Below, piece by piece: positions 49,276-60,116 of a stretch of DNA of 64,000 nt. The position numbers and the translations under genes are program-made. The notes beneath the pieces were generated by a model, which had not been told where the DNA came from, did no database searches, and saw only the letters and a list, made by a program, of their open reading frames with translations. Source of the DNA: an uncultured Candidatus Woesearchaeota archaeon (GTDB taxonomy: Archaea; Nanobdellota; Nanobdellia; Woesearchaeales; GW2011-AR9). The DNA is taken from contig CABZYC010000001.1 of the NCBI GenBank assembly GCA_902529885.1, positions 156,177 through 220,176 on the forward strand. The letters are read 5' to 3'. The first letter of the stretch is position 1; each line of letters begins with the position of its first letter.

Positions 49276-50403
49276 ATGAAGGTTCACAATCTCCGTTCTG
49301 GCCTTACAATACACCATCAACCCTCACCATTCCCATCTACTGCCATCCATATTAAAGTTTGTTCAGGAAGTGTGAACGATGTTATAGCAGGAACTGCGCA
49401 TATATTAGAACATACCTTGTTTGAGGGTACTAAAACGTTCAAAAATAGTAAAAAGTTAACCTCTTTTATTGAAGATCTTGGTGGAGAACTTAATGCATAT
49501 ACTGGGTTGGACAGCAGTAATTATTATTGTATTATTCCTAATAAACACCTCAATAAAGCAGTAAAAGTGTTACAAAGTATGTTTAACGAACCTTTATTAA
49601 GAAAAAAGGATGTGTTAAGAGAAATAAAAGTAATTAAAGAAGAAATTTTGTCTCAAAAAGATGATTTTATGCAAGAGTTAGGTAATAAATTATTCAAAAC
49701 AGTATACAAAAATACGCCAGTTGCAACACCTGCGTCTGGTACTTTACAATCTATTAAAAAAATAAAAATTTCACATGTAAAAAACTATTACAAAAAACAT
49801 TATAATAAAAAAAATATTATTATCACTGTAGTTGGAAAAATGCCAACTGGCCTTGAAAAAATAGGTCTTTCTAAAGGACAACGAACAAAACATATTTTTT
49901 ACAATGGGAAGTTTGGCGGTAATAAAACGTTACAACGTAAAGTTGGATCGTGTTACCATGCACAAGCTTACGCAATCACTTCTTTACCTGTGTTTGATAT
50001 ACTAGAAAATATCTTTGATAAAGGGCAATCAGGAGTTCTTTTTCATTATTTACGCACTAAACATCATGCAGCATATGACGTAGGCGCAGAAATTATACAA
50101 AGTCAAAATCAGAAATTAATATTATTTTATGGTGTTGGAAGCAAATTGAACGTGATTAAATCAGCTATGCAAGAAGCTCTTGAATCAGATATTAATGAAA
50201 ACATGTTAAAAATTGCTAAAGAAAGCGTTATTGGAAATATTGCAATACAAAAAAGTTCAATACACAATTATATGGAACTTTTAACAAAGTATCCTAATTT
50301 AAAAGAATATGAAAAAAAAATAATTGATATTAAAATGCAAGATTTAGAAAATACGCTTACTAAAGCTACAGAAATTAATCTTATACCTCAAAAGAAGAAC
50401 TAA
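49276..50403 (+). CDS. M16-family (insulinase/pitrilysin-like) zinc peptidase
   Basis: Inverted zinc motif HILEH (HxxEH) near the N-terminus. 375 aa, single M16 half. Confidence 0.6.
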   Translation: MKVHNLRSGLTIHHQPSPFPSTAIHIKVCSGSVNDVIAGTAHILEHTLFEGTKTFKNSKKLTSFIEDLGGELNAYTGLDSSNYYCIIPNKHLNKAVKVLQSMFNEPLLRKKDVLREIKVIKEEILSQKDDFMQELGNKLFKTVYKNTPVATPASGTLQSIKKIKISHVKNYYKKHYNKKNIIITVVGKMPTGLEKIGLSKGQRTKHIFYNGKFGGNKTLQRKVGSCYHAQAYAITSLPVFDILENIFDKGQSGVLFHYLRTKHHAAYDVGAEIIQSQNQKLILFYGVGSKLNVIKSAMQEALESDINENMLKIAKESVIGNIAIQKSSIHNYMELLTKYPNLKEYEKKIIDIKMQDLENTLTKATEINLIPQKKN

Positions 50404-51385
50404 GTTCAGAAAGTAATTCTTTTCCAGGTAGTTTCATTAAAAGTTCTGATACATATTTTGCTACAGTATTTTTTACATCTAAAGGATGAATTGTGTTTTC
50501 TACTACTGCTTTTTCAAGTTGAACATAATTTGAAAAAGAGACATTACCCCCAAATTTTTCTGGACGTTCAATCACAAACTCTTTCTTATCATCTTCAAGC
50601 CACGGAAATAAAACATACTTAGTTATCCCCATTATACCATTATCTGTATCACCTTGCACAAAATCTGCTTTTTTCATTTTAGATTTAACAGAATCAATAT
50701 CATCTAACAAGTCTATCTTACTCCTACCATCACTCGCAGACATTTTCTTACCAATAAGCCCAGGTATGATTGGAGTCATTATTTCAATTCGGGCTTTATA
50801 CCCTAACTTTGGTAACACTTCACGTGCAAGAACTAATATTTTTCTTTGGTCCATCCCACCATATTGAATGTCTACACCTAAATACTCTTCATCGAGACAC
50901 TGCATTAAAGGATACATTAAACCACCTAATTTGGGGCTATCATGTTGTTTTACTACTTCTGAACCTGCTTTTTGTGCATCGTGTATACTAACAAGGGTAG
51001 ATAAGCGTAACAAATCTTTTGTATATTTTGGTGTTAATTGAAAATCACTACCTTTAACAAACTGTAATTTGTCTAAAGCTACACCAAAAGATTGCAACAT
51101 ACCTTGTACAGCAATAACATAATATTCGTACCTTTTTTCTAACACATCAATTGACGTGTTTTCTAACATACCGTGTATATCAGCTAATAACACTTTTACT
51201 GTAAGTCCCGCATTCAAAAAATCTGCTACTTTTCGTACCCACATATAATATCCCACGTGAGGTCGACCAGTTATAGCAGTACCTATGTATACCACTGGAG
51301 ATTCTTTTTCGATTAAAAGTGCCTTTAGTTCATTTTCACTAATTATTTCTTGCGTGTTACGTGTAATAAGCGCATATTTATCCAT
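50381..51385 (-). CDS. tyrS: Tyrosyl-tRNA synthetase (archaeal type)
   Basis: MDKYALITRNTQEIISENELKALL aligns with M. jannaschii TyrRS MDEFEMIKRNTSEIISEEELREVL. KMSAS (KMSKS-class) and RPEKFGG conserved. The track ORF start at 51493 is over-extended; I use the ATG at 51385. Confidence 0.85.
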   Translation of the reverse strand: MDKYALITRNTQEIISENELKALLIEKESPVVYIGTAITGRPHVGYYMWVRKVADFLNAGLTVKVLLADIHGMLENTSIDVLEKRYEYYVIAVQGMLQSFGVALDKLQFVKGSDFQLTPKYTKDLLRLSTLVSIHDAQKAGSEVVKQHDSPKLGGLMYPLMQCLDEEYLGVDIQYGGMDQRKILVLAREVLPKLGYKARIEIMTPIIPGLIGKKMSASDGRSKIDLLDDIDSVKSKMKKADFVQGDTDNGIMGITKYVLFPWLEDDKKEFVIERPEKFGGNVSFSNYVQLEKAVVENTIHPLDVKNTVAKYVSELLMKLPGKELLSELSSSFEV

Positions 51386-51457
51386 GGTTAAGATAGAACG
51401 TGTATAATATATAAAATTAACAGTGAAATATATAAGAAACCACAGAATACACTTTGT

Positions 51458-52348
51458 ATGAAAATTACTTTCCTTGGTACTACTTGTACTCAACCTACAC
51501 CTTCACGTAATCATTCAGGTATACTTATTGAAATTGATGGTGACGCAATCTTGCTCGATTGTGGAGAAGGGATACAACGACAATTACGTGTTGCTAAAAA
51601 ACGTATTACTAAAATTAAACATATCTGTGTAAGCCATTGGCACGGTGACCATTGTTTAGGGTTACCTGGATTATTAAGTAGTATGGCAAGTGACCAAATT
51701 TCTCACAAAGTACAAATTTACGGGCCTGAAAAAAGTAAACTATTTTTAAGCCATATGTTGCAAGGATTTTATAGTCACGGTGTTTGTGAACATGATTGTA
51801 GTGAACATGAACAAGGCACATTATTCAAATCAAGGATGTATAGTGTCTCTGCCCATAAACTAGTACACAGTGTACCTTCTATTGGTTTTAAAATTACTGT
51901 CTATAAACAAAGGAAAATCATAAAAGATTTATTAGAATCTAAACGTGTACCAACAACCTTATGGGGTAAACTTCAACAAGGAGAAACTGTTAAATTTGAC
52001 GGGAAAATGTACCGACCTGAACAGTACACTGTACAAGATGATCCTTTAATTTTATGTTATATTGCTGATACCATTATGGGTGACCATTTGTATACTTTTT
52101 GTGAAGATGCAGACATTATTATTAGTGAATCAACATTTTTACATGAACATGTTGAAAAAGCTAAAGAGGTGTATCATATGACCTCTCAACAAGCAGCAAT
52201 GGTTGCACATCATGTTAACGCAAAACGCTTAATTTTAACACACCCTAGTTTACGGTACAAAAATACTAAACGTCTACTTGAAGAAGCACAAGTCATTTTT
52301 CCTAATACTATGTTTGCAGAAGATTTTACAGAGGTAAACATTGAATAG
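51458..52348 (+). CDS. rnz: Ribonuclease Z (tRNA 3' endonuclease)
   Basis: MKITFLGT, HxHxDH motif (SHWHGDHCLG), 296 aa. Confidence 0.85.
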   Translation: MKITFLGTTCTQPTPSRNHSGILIEIDGDAILLDCGEGIQRQLRVAKKRITKIKHICVSHWHGDHCLGLPGLLSSMASDQISHKVQIYGPEKSKLFLSHMLQGFYSHGVCEHDCSEHEQGTLFKSRMYSVSAHKLVHSVPSIGFKITVYKQRKIIKDLLESKRVPTTLWGKLQQGETVKFDGKMYRPEQYTVQDDPLILCYIADTIMGDHLYTFCEDADIIISESTFLHEHVEKAKEVYHMTSQQAAMVAHHVNAKRLILTHPSLRYKNTKRLLEEAQVIFPNTMFAEDFTEVNIE

Positions 52349-52736
52349 AAAGGCTAAAGGAACACGGGCTGAACGGGACTTAATTCATAAGTTTAATGCT
52401 AATGGATGGGTAGCAATACGAACTGCTGGGTCAGGATCTTCACAATTTCCTGCACCTGACATTATGGCAGGTAACGCCATTAGAAAAGTGGCAATAGAAT
52501 GTAAAACAAGTAAAAGTACAAATAAGTATATTCCTGTAGAAGATATTAAACAAATTCAGTTTTTTGCTAATAAGTTTGGATCAGAATCATGGGTTGCATT
52601 AAAGTTTGACGGAAAACCATGGTACTTTATGATGATTGAAGACTTGCGTTTGACTGGAAAAAATTATGCTGCAAACCTTTCTTTGTGTGAGCTTAAAGGC
52701 CTTACTTTTTCTGAGTTTATTGATAGAAACCTTTAA
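52341..52736 (+). CDS. hjc: Holliday junction resolvase Hjc
   Basis: KGTRAERDLIHKFNANGWVAIRTAGSGSS matches the Hjc N-terminal catalytic region. 131 aa, 8-nt overlap with rnz. Confidence 0.85.
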   Translation: MNRKAKGTRAERDLIHKFNANGWVAIRTAGSGSSQFPAPDIMAGNAIRKVAIECKTSKSTNKYIPVEDIKQIQFFANKFGSESWVALKFDGKPWYFMMIEDLRLTGKNYAANLSLCELKGLTFSEFIDRNL

Positions 52737-52761
52737 ATGTGCATTTTAACAAGGTTCTTAA

Positions 52762-53274
52762 ATGAAGTTAACACAAAAACGTATTAAAAACGTTATTACA
52801 CGCATTCTTGGTTCAGATGGTATGGATTTATACAGTTTATTGAAAGAAAAAGATAACCGATCTGAATTTGAAATTGCTGAAGTGTTAGATATTGATATTA
52901 AATTAGTACGACGAAATTTGTATAAATTGTATAATAATAATTTAGTATCTTTTAATAGGAAAAAAGACAAAACTAAAGGATGGTACATTTACTATTGGAC
53001 TTTACGTAAAGAAAATATTAAACATGCTTATGTTAAACGTTTAAAAATACAACTTGATAAACTTGAAGAGCTTCGTGATAATGAGACAGGTCAATTGTTT
53101 TATAGTTGTAATCAAGAAGATTGTGGTTTTGTAAGACTTGACTTTGATACCGCAATGGAATACGAGTTCCATTGCCCAGAATGTGGTATTTTGTTAGATC
53201 AAGAAGATACAGAAACACGTGTTATCCAGTTAGAAAAAAAGATTGAAGAAATTAAATTAGAATTAAGTAAATAA
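52762..53274 (+). CDS. tfe: Transcription factor E (TFIIE alpha homologue)
   Basis: N-terminal winged helix and C-terminal zinc ribbon (CNQEDCGF...HCPECG). 170 aa. Confidence 0.8.
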   Translation: MKLTQKRIKNVITRILGSDGMDLYSLLKEKDNRSEFEIAEVLDIDIKLVRRNLYKLYNNNLVSFNRKKDKTKGWYIYYWTLRKENIKHAYVKRLKIQLDKLEELRDNETGQLFYSCNQEDCGFVRLDFDTAMEYEFHCPECGILLDQEDTETRVIQLEKKIEEIKLELSK

Positions 53275-53277
53275 AAA

Positions 53278-53514
53278 TTATTTTTTCTTAGTTTTCCGAG
53301 TAGATTTTTTGGTTGTTTTTCGAGTAGACTTTTTACTCAATTTTCCAAGTATCATATCTTCTTCTTTAAGTATTTTCAAAGACATTCTTTGAATGTTTAA
53401 TTCCATACTCATTATACGTCGTTCTAAAATTGTCAATACTCGCAACGAATATATTATTGCAAATAACGCAGCAGTAATCACTGCAAGGGTTAATTCTGAT
53501 ATTGTAGGTCCCAT
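53278..53514 (-). CDS. Small membrane protein with lysine-rich C-terminal tail
   Basis: 78 aa, one TM, tail SKKSTRKTTKKSTRKTKKK. Confidence 0.3.
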   Translation of the reverse strand: MGPTISELTLAVITAALFAIIYSLRVLTILERRIMSMELNIQRMSLKILKEEDMILGKLSKKSTRKTTKKSTRKTKKK

Positions 53515-53602
53515 CTTATCACCTACTAGAATAAGAATATTAGAATATATAAATATAACCCATACCTAAACCTTTTTAAATAAGCGATTTTGTACATAGT
53601 AT

Positions 53603-54007
53603 ATGGCGTACGAGGACCTTTTAGACAAAGCATTGGAAGAACTTCCAAAACGGTTCAGTGAACATGAACGGTTCACTATTGAAAAAGTTAAAGGACACCT
53701 TGAAGGTAATAAAACAATTGTTATCAACCTTAAACAAATTGCAAAACATATTAATAGAGAAGATAAGCATTTATTGAAATATTTGTTAAGAGAGACAGCG
53801 AGTGCAGGAAAATTTCTTGGACCAAGAGCTGTTTTTAACACTAAAATTTCTGCGAAATTGTTGAATAAAAAAATAACAAAGTATGTTAGTGAATTTGTAT
53901 ATTGTAGTGAATGTAATAGTCCAGACACTAAACTTAGTGTAGAAGTTGGTGTTGCATATTTGCGTTGTCAAGCTTGCGGTAGTAAAAAACCGGTGAAAAA
54001 TTTATGA
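53603..54007 (+). CDS. eif2b: Translation initiation factor 2 subunit beta (aIF2beta)
   Basis: 134 aa. C-terminal zinc ribbon YCSECNSPDT...CQACG typical of aIF2beta. TATA-like box (ttttaaata) upstream. Confidence 0.85.
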   Translation: MAYEDLLDKALEELPKRFSEHERFTIEKVKGHLEGNKTIVINLKQIAKHINREDKHLLKYLLRETASAGKFLGPRAVFNTKISAKLLNKKITKYVSEFVYCSECNSPDTKLSVEVGVAYLRCQACGSKKPVKNL

Positions 54008-54285
54008 TTGTTAAAGAAATTGAGTCACCACAAGGCATCATCTTAGTACTAACTGACGATGTTTTATTAAACAAAAAATTTGTTGAAAATAAAAAAATGT
54101 TGAATTTTACTGTTCAATTTTATCAAGGTGAAAAAAAAGAAGTCAGTAAAGAAATGTTGAATGGTTGCCATATTATTCATGCTAGCGGTGATAAATCAAT
54201 CCAATTTTTAATTGATAATGGTGTTTGTAATGAACAAAATGTGAAAATCATTGCAGGTATTAAACATATTGAAATAATTCAATAA
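54004..54285 (+). CDS. DUF424/COG2412-like conserved hypothetical (usual neighbour of aIF2beta)
   Basis: 93 aa, 4-nt overlap with the aIF2beta stop. Confidence 0.4.
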   Translation: MIVKEIESPQGIILVLTDDVLLNKKFVENKKMLNFTVQFYQGEKKEVSKEMLNGCHIIHASGDKSIQFLIDNGVCNEQNVKIIAGIKHIEIIQ

Positions 54286-57200
54286 AATTGTGTTAAACCA
54301 GTTTGTTTTTCTTTCTCTCGACCAAATACTGCTTCCATATTACGTTCTAAAGTATGGATTGTCTCCTTAAGATAAGAACTAAATTCATATTCATCCACTA
54401 AACCTAAAGAAGTACCTAAATATTTTATAACACTACCGTGACTTATTGTAAAGATAATATTACTTCTAGTACATTCAGTGCATAAACCAGTTAATGGCGG
54501 ACGCCTATACTTTGTATTACAACTTGTACAACGAAAACCTTGCATACTAAATTTACGAAGGTTTCCTTTCATATCAGCTAACAAATGACGTTGTATTACT
54601 AATTGTGCAACATGACCCATATTAACAGCATCAATCTTTCGTGCAATCTCCATTTGACCTTGCAACTTTTCTTTCATGCTAGGTAATGTTTTGTATGCAC
54701 TGCACACAACTGCATTATTTAAATTTTCAACTTTGTGTGTATACCCAAAATCTTTGTATTGTAATGGTGTGTTCAAACGGTGGTTTAACTGCGTTATTTT
54801 TACTTCCCAAGGTTTTTTCAGGGAGTTTGCTGATTGATAAAATATGTGTGGGTATGACCATTCTACATCCATTCCTAACACTTGATCATCAACTTCTGAA
54901 GGATAAACTACACTAGTTAAAACCAAACAAGCATCCATCGTAGACCCTCTACTTGAAGGTAAAAAAGATTTACTGAAATTTAATAAGCCGTCCATTAATA
55001 ACATTATACAGGCTTCATCACCATCACAATCACGCCGTAAAGCTGCATGAAACATTGGGTGTGCAAGAAAACCTTGGGTTTTACTAAATCCTATTATCCT
55101 ACCTACTGTCCCTGCAGAGATGTGTGGTGCCAACCCAATAATTAATTCGCCTACTAAACCTTTGAAATTTATAGCGTTATAAAATGGTTCAGTATCATAT
55201 AAATAATTTAATTCGTCATCACAAAATTTTGAAATACGTGTTAATACATCACATGCACCTTCTTCAAGTTCAGTGTTGTTCGGAACAATAATATCTTGAG
55301 GGTAAATCTCTAATAATTGGTTCTCATTCTCAAGTTCTTTCCCATCAACATCTTTAGTATAACCTAACTCTCTCAGTTTTTCTATAGATGTCCCAATCTC
55401 TACTGGTTTAAAATGAGTTATTGGTAATTCAGTACAATCATACCTTGTAGTACCATCTTTATTAACAAAAATTTTATGTTTTGAACGTAAAAATGATTTT
55501 AAAAGGTGTTCTGGTATTTTGTTCCTACTACGAAGTTTTTCTACACCTTTTATTTTCTCATTCCAATCTCGTGTACCTAACATCTTTTTACAATCAGAAA
55601 AATACTGTTCAATATCAATATCAACACCATATTTTTGTGGGGTTGCATATTTATTTTCTAATGCCCATTCTTCGCTTAAAGGTAAACGTAACATTTTATG
55701 TTCTAACGCTTTGTTTAAAAATTTTAATTTCCCACCGTATCCAGCAATTGGAAATAGGCCATGTGGTGTACCCGCTAAACTTCTCATTTTAGCTTTTTCT
55801 GGTCGACCCATTCTTGCACCAATAAAAGTTCCTGCAAGATCTTTGAAAATTCCAGGTTTATTTAATTCTAATACATCTAACGCAGTACCGTCACACCATT
55901 TTTGTATTAATGAGAATGTGTATTGTAACACAGCATTTGTTTCAGTATCAACTTCGTAATCTTTTGTGTGTGGAATACCTAATTTTTCAGCTATATTTTT
56001 TACTTTAGCATTAAATTTTCCTTTACTAAAATTATTTTTGAAATATTTTAATTCTTCTGAAGAAATTAACCTCCAAAAAAAAGAATATTTTGGGTGCATT
56101 GGTAACCCGTTCAATGTGTGTAATAAAGCTTCTTTAAAAGATCCAGGTGACACTTTATTTGTTTGAGCTTCCCATTCTTCACATGTGTACCCACAAGGAA
56201 CAAGCATTGAACCATTTTCACTAAAATCACCATAATTAAACAAAATGTCACCAAGATATAATATTCTGTCCACTTCTTTTTTTATTTTGAGTGCAGCTTC
56301 ACGTGTTTGTAAAGATACTACAGAACCATTTTTAAGTAAAACTATAGGTCCATCTATTGTTTCACAACAAGTTATAGTTGCAGCTTTTCCTGGACGTTCA
56401 ACTTTTAATTGGGTTCCTATGGCAATAAAATTTTCCAACACTTCTAAAGTTGCAGGGTGTACAGCTGCTGCACTAAAACCTGATAATCTTGTACGACCAT
56501 AACGTAATCTAAAACCACCCACTGCTAAAGGATGTGTTAATACAGGCCTTCCTGCAACTATATCTGCAATAAATGTATCATTAGCTTTAACTGTATCACC
56601 ATCATCATTTTTTTTACTGTTTGCAGAATGAATTTTTTCTTTTAATTTTAAAAAATCACCCATAAAATTCCATTCTAAATCAAAATCGTTCCCCCATTTA
56701 TTAAGCCGTTTCCATAATTTTGGCGCTTTTTGACATAAACCTTCAGCTAAAACTAAAGCAACACCACCCCTAATTAAGTTTGTCTCAACACGTGGTAAGT
56801 CTTTGTAATTACTTACTTCTATACGTTCTGTAGAATCACCTGCTACTTCTATGGGTAAATTTTTTAACATAAAACTTAATTCATCATCACTAGGCCTATA
56901 CTGTAAATTTGTAACACGTTCATGGTAATCATTAACTTCTGTTACATACCTGTTAATTTCTTTTTCTGAAGGGTCCCATGAATGATAACCCATTTTGGTT
57001 CTAACATAATCTGCTAAAATTACTGATGTTGATGACGCAGTACCACCTGCACCACGTATTGGACCTGCATAACGTACCGCTAAATATTCCTTACCATCTT
57101 TACGTTTTTTAATGTCTATCCCAATAAAACCTTCTAATGGTGCAGCCACTATTCCTAACGTTAAATAGGCAAAACCTGTTCGTATGCCTACTTCAATAGC

Positions 57201-57518
57201 TTCTTTTTTATCTTTAAAAGTACAAAATTCTTGTTTAGCAACCGCTTCCGCAATCTTAAATCCTACACGCCAATCTAAAATACCATATTGTTCTTCATAC
57301 TCTTTTATTTTTTCAGGTACACCTGTTTCTAATAACTGTGGTGCAACAACACTTATCAGACCAAGTACACGGTCAACCATTGTTTCAGCAAGCATTATTT
57401 CTACTTTTGGTTCTGGATCAAGATTTTTACTTCGGGCTTTTTCTGCGACTACATAAGCTTGTTTAACTTTAGATTTAATACTTTTAAAATACAAATCCAT
57501 ATTATTATCTTCGCTCAT
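54279..57518 (-). CDS. polC: DNA polymerase II (PolD) large subunit DP2
   Basis: 1079 aa. Characteristic DP2 segments and C-terminal cysteine clusters (CTSC...CTECT). No intein. Confidence 0.85.
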   Translation of the reverse strand: MSEDNNMDLYFKSIKSKVKQAYVVAEKARSKNLDPEPKVEIMLAETMVDRVLGLISVVAPQLLETGVPEKIKEYEEQYGILDWRVGFKIAEAVAKQEFCTFKDKKEAIEVGIRTGFAYLTLGIVAAPLEGFIGIDIKKRKDGKEYLAVRYAGPIRGAGGTASSTSVILADYVRTKMGYHSWDPSEKEINRYVTEVNDYHERVTNLQYRPSDDELSFMLKNLPIEVAGDSTERIEVSNYKDLPRVETNLIRGGVALVLAEGLCQKAPKLWKRLNKWGNDFDLEWNFMGDFLKLKEKIHSANSKKNDDGDTVKANDTFIADIVAGRPVLTHPLAVGGFRLRYGRTRLSGFSAAAVHPATLEVLENFIAIGTQLKVERPGKAATITCCETIDGPIVLLKNGSVVSLQTREAALKIKKEVDRILYLGDILFNYGDFSENGSMLVPCGYTCEEWEAQTNKVSPGSFKEALLHTLNGLPMHPKYSFFWRLISSEELKYFKNNFSKGKFNAKVKNIAEKLGIPHTKDYEVDTETNAVLQYTFSLIQKWCDGTALDVLELNKPGIFKDLAGTFIGARMGRPEKAKMRSLAGTPHGLFPIAGYGGKLKFLNKALEHKMLRLPLSEEWALENKYATPQKYGVDIDIEQYFSDCKKMLGTRDWNEKIKGVEKLRSRNKIPEHLLKSFLRSKHKIFVNKDGTTRYDCTELPITHFKPVEIGTSIEKLRELGYTKDVDGKELENENQLLEIYPQDIIVPNNTELEEGACDVLTRISKFCDDELNYLYDTEPFYNAINFKGLVGELIIGLAPHISAGTVGRIIGFSKTQGFLAHPMFHAALRRDCDGDEACIMLLMDGLLNFSKSFLPSSRGSTMDACLVLTSVVYPSEVDDQVLGMDVEWSYPHIFYQSANSLKKPWEVKITQLNHRLNTPLQYKDFGYTHKVENLNNAVVCSAYKTLPSMKEKLQGQMEIARKIDAVNMGHVAQLVIQRHLLADMKGNLRKFSMQGFRCTSCNTKYRRPPLTGLCTECTRSNIIFTISHGSVIKYLGTSLGLVDEYEFSSYLKETIHTLERNMEAVFGREKEKQTGLTQFY

Positions 57519-58942
57519 GAAAAATCCATTACTGTTACTTCCCTTGTTTTTAAATTAACAACTGGCACCATACAAGGTTCAGGTTCATGCCCTAATTTTT
57601 CTTGAAATTTAGTACATGCTTGCCAGCAGCTCCCACTCATTACTGTTACACCTTTATAATTTGCAACTTTTGAATAATGTATATGCCCTGTGATCATGAT
57701 ATCAGGTATAACTTTAATTAACAATGGGTCTTCTTCATAAGCAGGAAGGTAAGGTGTACTTTTGAATGCTGGAGCTAAATGACGTCGTTTTAACAAAAAT
57801 TGTTGAATTAAATCTGCACGTTTATACCCTCCATTATTCCTTATACTGTCTATATTAGCAACATAATAATCAAAACTGTAACCATGATACATTAATACGT
57901 TAATACCATCAAAATCTTTTGTTTTACCTACTTTAATCATACTTGGATTACTTACTAAATGAACATTTTCTATATCATGTAAAGATTGTGTATATTCCTT
58001 AAAAAAAACAGGTTGAGGCTCAGCTAAATGAACTACATCATGGTTTCCCGGACAAATAAAAATTTGAATATGGGATGGTATTTGTTTAAGGTAAGAAGCA
58101 AAAGCTTCATATTGACCCACAATTGTATCAATAGTAAGTTCTTTTTGTTGGTTTGGATAAATACCAATTCCATCAACACAATCACCAGCAATAAACAAAT
58201 ATCTCACATTCTGAGCTGTTTGTTTTTGAAGTGCACCACCATATTCTCCTTTTAACCATTTAATAAAATTCAAAAATTCTTTTTCCATAAAATTATCTGA
58301 ACCAACATGAACATCACTTATGAACACTGCATGTTCTTCAATTGGAGACATTTTTATTGACCTGTTATGTGGAATGTCTGGCCATATTATCTCATTAACA
58401 AATATTACACCATCACTACCTGTTCCAACAACACCTATCACCTCATCAAATATTATATCTTTTGCATCAACAAAAATGTCTTTATCTTTCATAATTATTG
58501 CTTTACAATTTGATTGTGGGTCTTCTAAAGTTATGATTAAATTCCCATTTTTTGATTCCTTTACATCTGAAACCATCCCTATTATAGAAACATGTTCTCT
58601 ATCTTTTTTACGTTTTAAACGTTGAATTGAAATTATATTTTTCATTGATTTATGAGTACGTATTAAATCATGCAAAAATTTATATCTTGAAGTGAATACC
58701 CGTTGAAAATCTTGAACATTATACTTATATCCTTCATTCTCAAAATTGATAACTATTTCGTGATTTAAAGATAATATTTTAACATTTTTATCATCTTGTA
58801 CAATGTTAACATCATCAATCTCTGCTAATAGTTTCTCATCAAGACCTTCTTCAATCATTTCTTTTGTTACAAATATGCCTTTATCAAACAATTTTTGTAT
58901 TAAATCACTTTTATTCATTGTGTATCTGTAATGATTTCTCAA
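57515..58942 (-). CDS. polB: DNA polymerase II (PolD) small subunit DP1 (Mre11-like phosphoesterase)
   Basis: Calcineurin-like phosphoesterase motifs (GDxHG-like ISDVHVGS, GDCVDG, GNHD). 475 aa, 4-nt overlap with DP2. Confidence 0.8.
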   Translation of the reverse strand: MRNHYRYTMNKSDLIQKLFDKGIFVTKEMIEEGLDEKLLAEIDDVNIVQDDKNVKILSLNHEIVINFENEGYKYNVQDFQRVFTSRYKFLHDLIRTHKSMKNIISIQRLKRKKDREHVSIIGMVSDVKESKNGNLIITLEDPQSNCKAIIMKDKDIFVDAKDIIFDEVIGVVGTGSDGVIFVNEIIWPDIPHNRSIKMSPIEEHAVFISDVHVGSDNFMEKEFLNFIKWLKGEYGGALQKQTAQNVRYLFIAGDCVDGIGIYPNQQKELTIDTIVGQYEAFASYLKQIPSHIQIFICPGNHDVVHLAEPQPVFFKEYTQSLHDIENVHLVSNPSMIKVGKTKDFDGINVLMYHGYSFDYYVANIDSIRNNGGYKRADLIQQFLLKRRHLAPAFKSTPYLPAYEEDPLLIKVIPDIMITGHIHYSKVANYKGVTVMSGSCWQACTKFQEKLGHEPEPCMVPVVNLKTREVTVMDFS

Positions 58943-60116
58943 TCAATTCTTTTAATTTCACCAATAATTTACCGTCAAGACCTAATGAAATTTCTCTTGT
59001 ACGCCCATACCTACCTTTACTGATTATTTTAGCATTAATTATTCCAAGCATATCAAATTCTGCTAACATATCACTAATACGTCTTTGAGTAAGTACATTG
59101 AAATTAACTTGTTTACATAATTTTTGATATATATCATATATCTCCCCAGTAAACATTACTGTGTTTTGAGGATGTAATACAAGTATACTATACAATACTA
59201 GTTGGAATTGTTTAGGTTGTGTTGTAACTGCATGAATTATTTTATCAGTTTCAATTTTACTTTCAGCTTCATCAAGATGATTTACTGTAACATGTTCAGA
59301 CCCATATCGTTCTGCAAGCTCGCCAGCAACACGTAATAAATCAATCGCCCTTCTTGCATCACCATGCTCACGGGCAGCATAAGCCGCACATTTTTCTATC
59401 ACACCTACTTCTACAACATTTTCTCTAAAAGCACGATCACTCCTTTTACGTAAAATATCTTGTATCTGTAAAGCGTTATATGAAGGAAAAATTATCTCTT
59501 CTTCAGATAAACTGCTTCTTACCCTCGGATCCAAATTTTCTGCGAAAATCAAATTGTTACTTATTCCTACTAAAGCAATTTGTGCATTTTTTAATTCGGC
59601 ATTAATACGTGTTAAATTATAAAGAATTAAATCACCAACCTTACTTGTTAATTGATCAATTTCATCAAGTGCTAATAGAATTATTTGTTTTTTATTATCA
59701 ATAAGTGTATAAAATATGTTATATACTTCATCTGTTGGTAACCCAGTTGGAGGAACATCCTTACCTAACTCTTTAATTAACTGTGCAATAAGCCTATATT
59801 CTGTATCAGCTATACGTTTAAGTTTACAATTAACATATATTGTTTTCAAAGGAACACTATTATCTGCAGCAATACGTTCTATACTTTTCAGAACATATTT
59901 TATGCTTAAAGTTTTACCTGTACCTGTTTTTCCATATACAAGTAAACTACTTGGTCTTTCAACCCGTAAACTTGGTGCAAGAATATTTGCAACATCTTGG
60001 ATTAAATTTTCACGATACATTATTTCTTCTGGTGCATAACTAGATAATAATAAACTCTTATCAAGAAATATGCTATCTTTTGTCAGATAATTCTGGAAAA
60101 AATTGTTTACATTCAT
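58911..60116 (-). CDS. cdc6: Orc1/Cdc6 replication initiator
   Basis: Walker A GKTGTGKT, Walker B LDEID, C-terminal winged helix. Start set at the internal ATG at 60116 (MNVNNFF). The longer track ORF would run through an ORB element. Confidence 0.85.
   Translation of the reverse strand: MNVNNFFQNYLTKDSIFLDKSLLLSSYAPEEIMYRENLIQDVANILAPSLRVERPSSLLVYGKTGTGKTLSIKYVLKSIERIAADNSVPLKTIYVNCKLKRIADTEYRLIAQLIKELGKDVPPTGLPTDEVYNIFYTLIDNKKQIILLALDEIDQLTSKVGDLILYNLTRINAELKNAQIALVGISNNLIFAENLDPRVRSSLSEEEIIFPSYNALQIQDILRKRSDRAFRENVVEVGVIEKCAAYAAREHGDARRAIDLLRVAGELAERYGSEHVTVNHLDEAESKIETDKIIHAVTTQPKQFQLVLYSILVLHPQNTVMFTGEIYDIYQKLCKQVNFNVLTQRRISDMLAEFDMLGIINAKIISKGRYGRTREISLGLDGKLLVKLKELIEKSLQIHNE

Noticed and set aside
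51386-51493. N-terminal 36-aa extension of TyrRS in the track ORF
   Set aside because: Alignment to archaeal TyrRS begins at the internal Met (MDKYALITRN). The extension is hydrophobic, unconserved junk.
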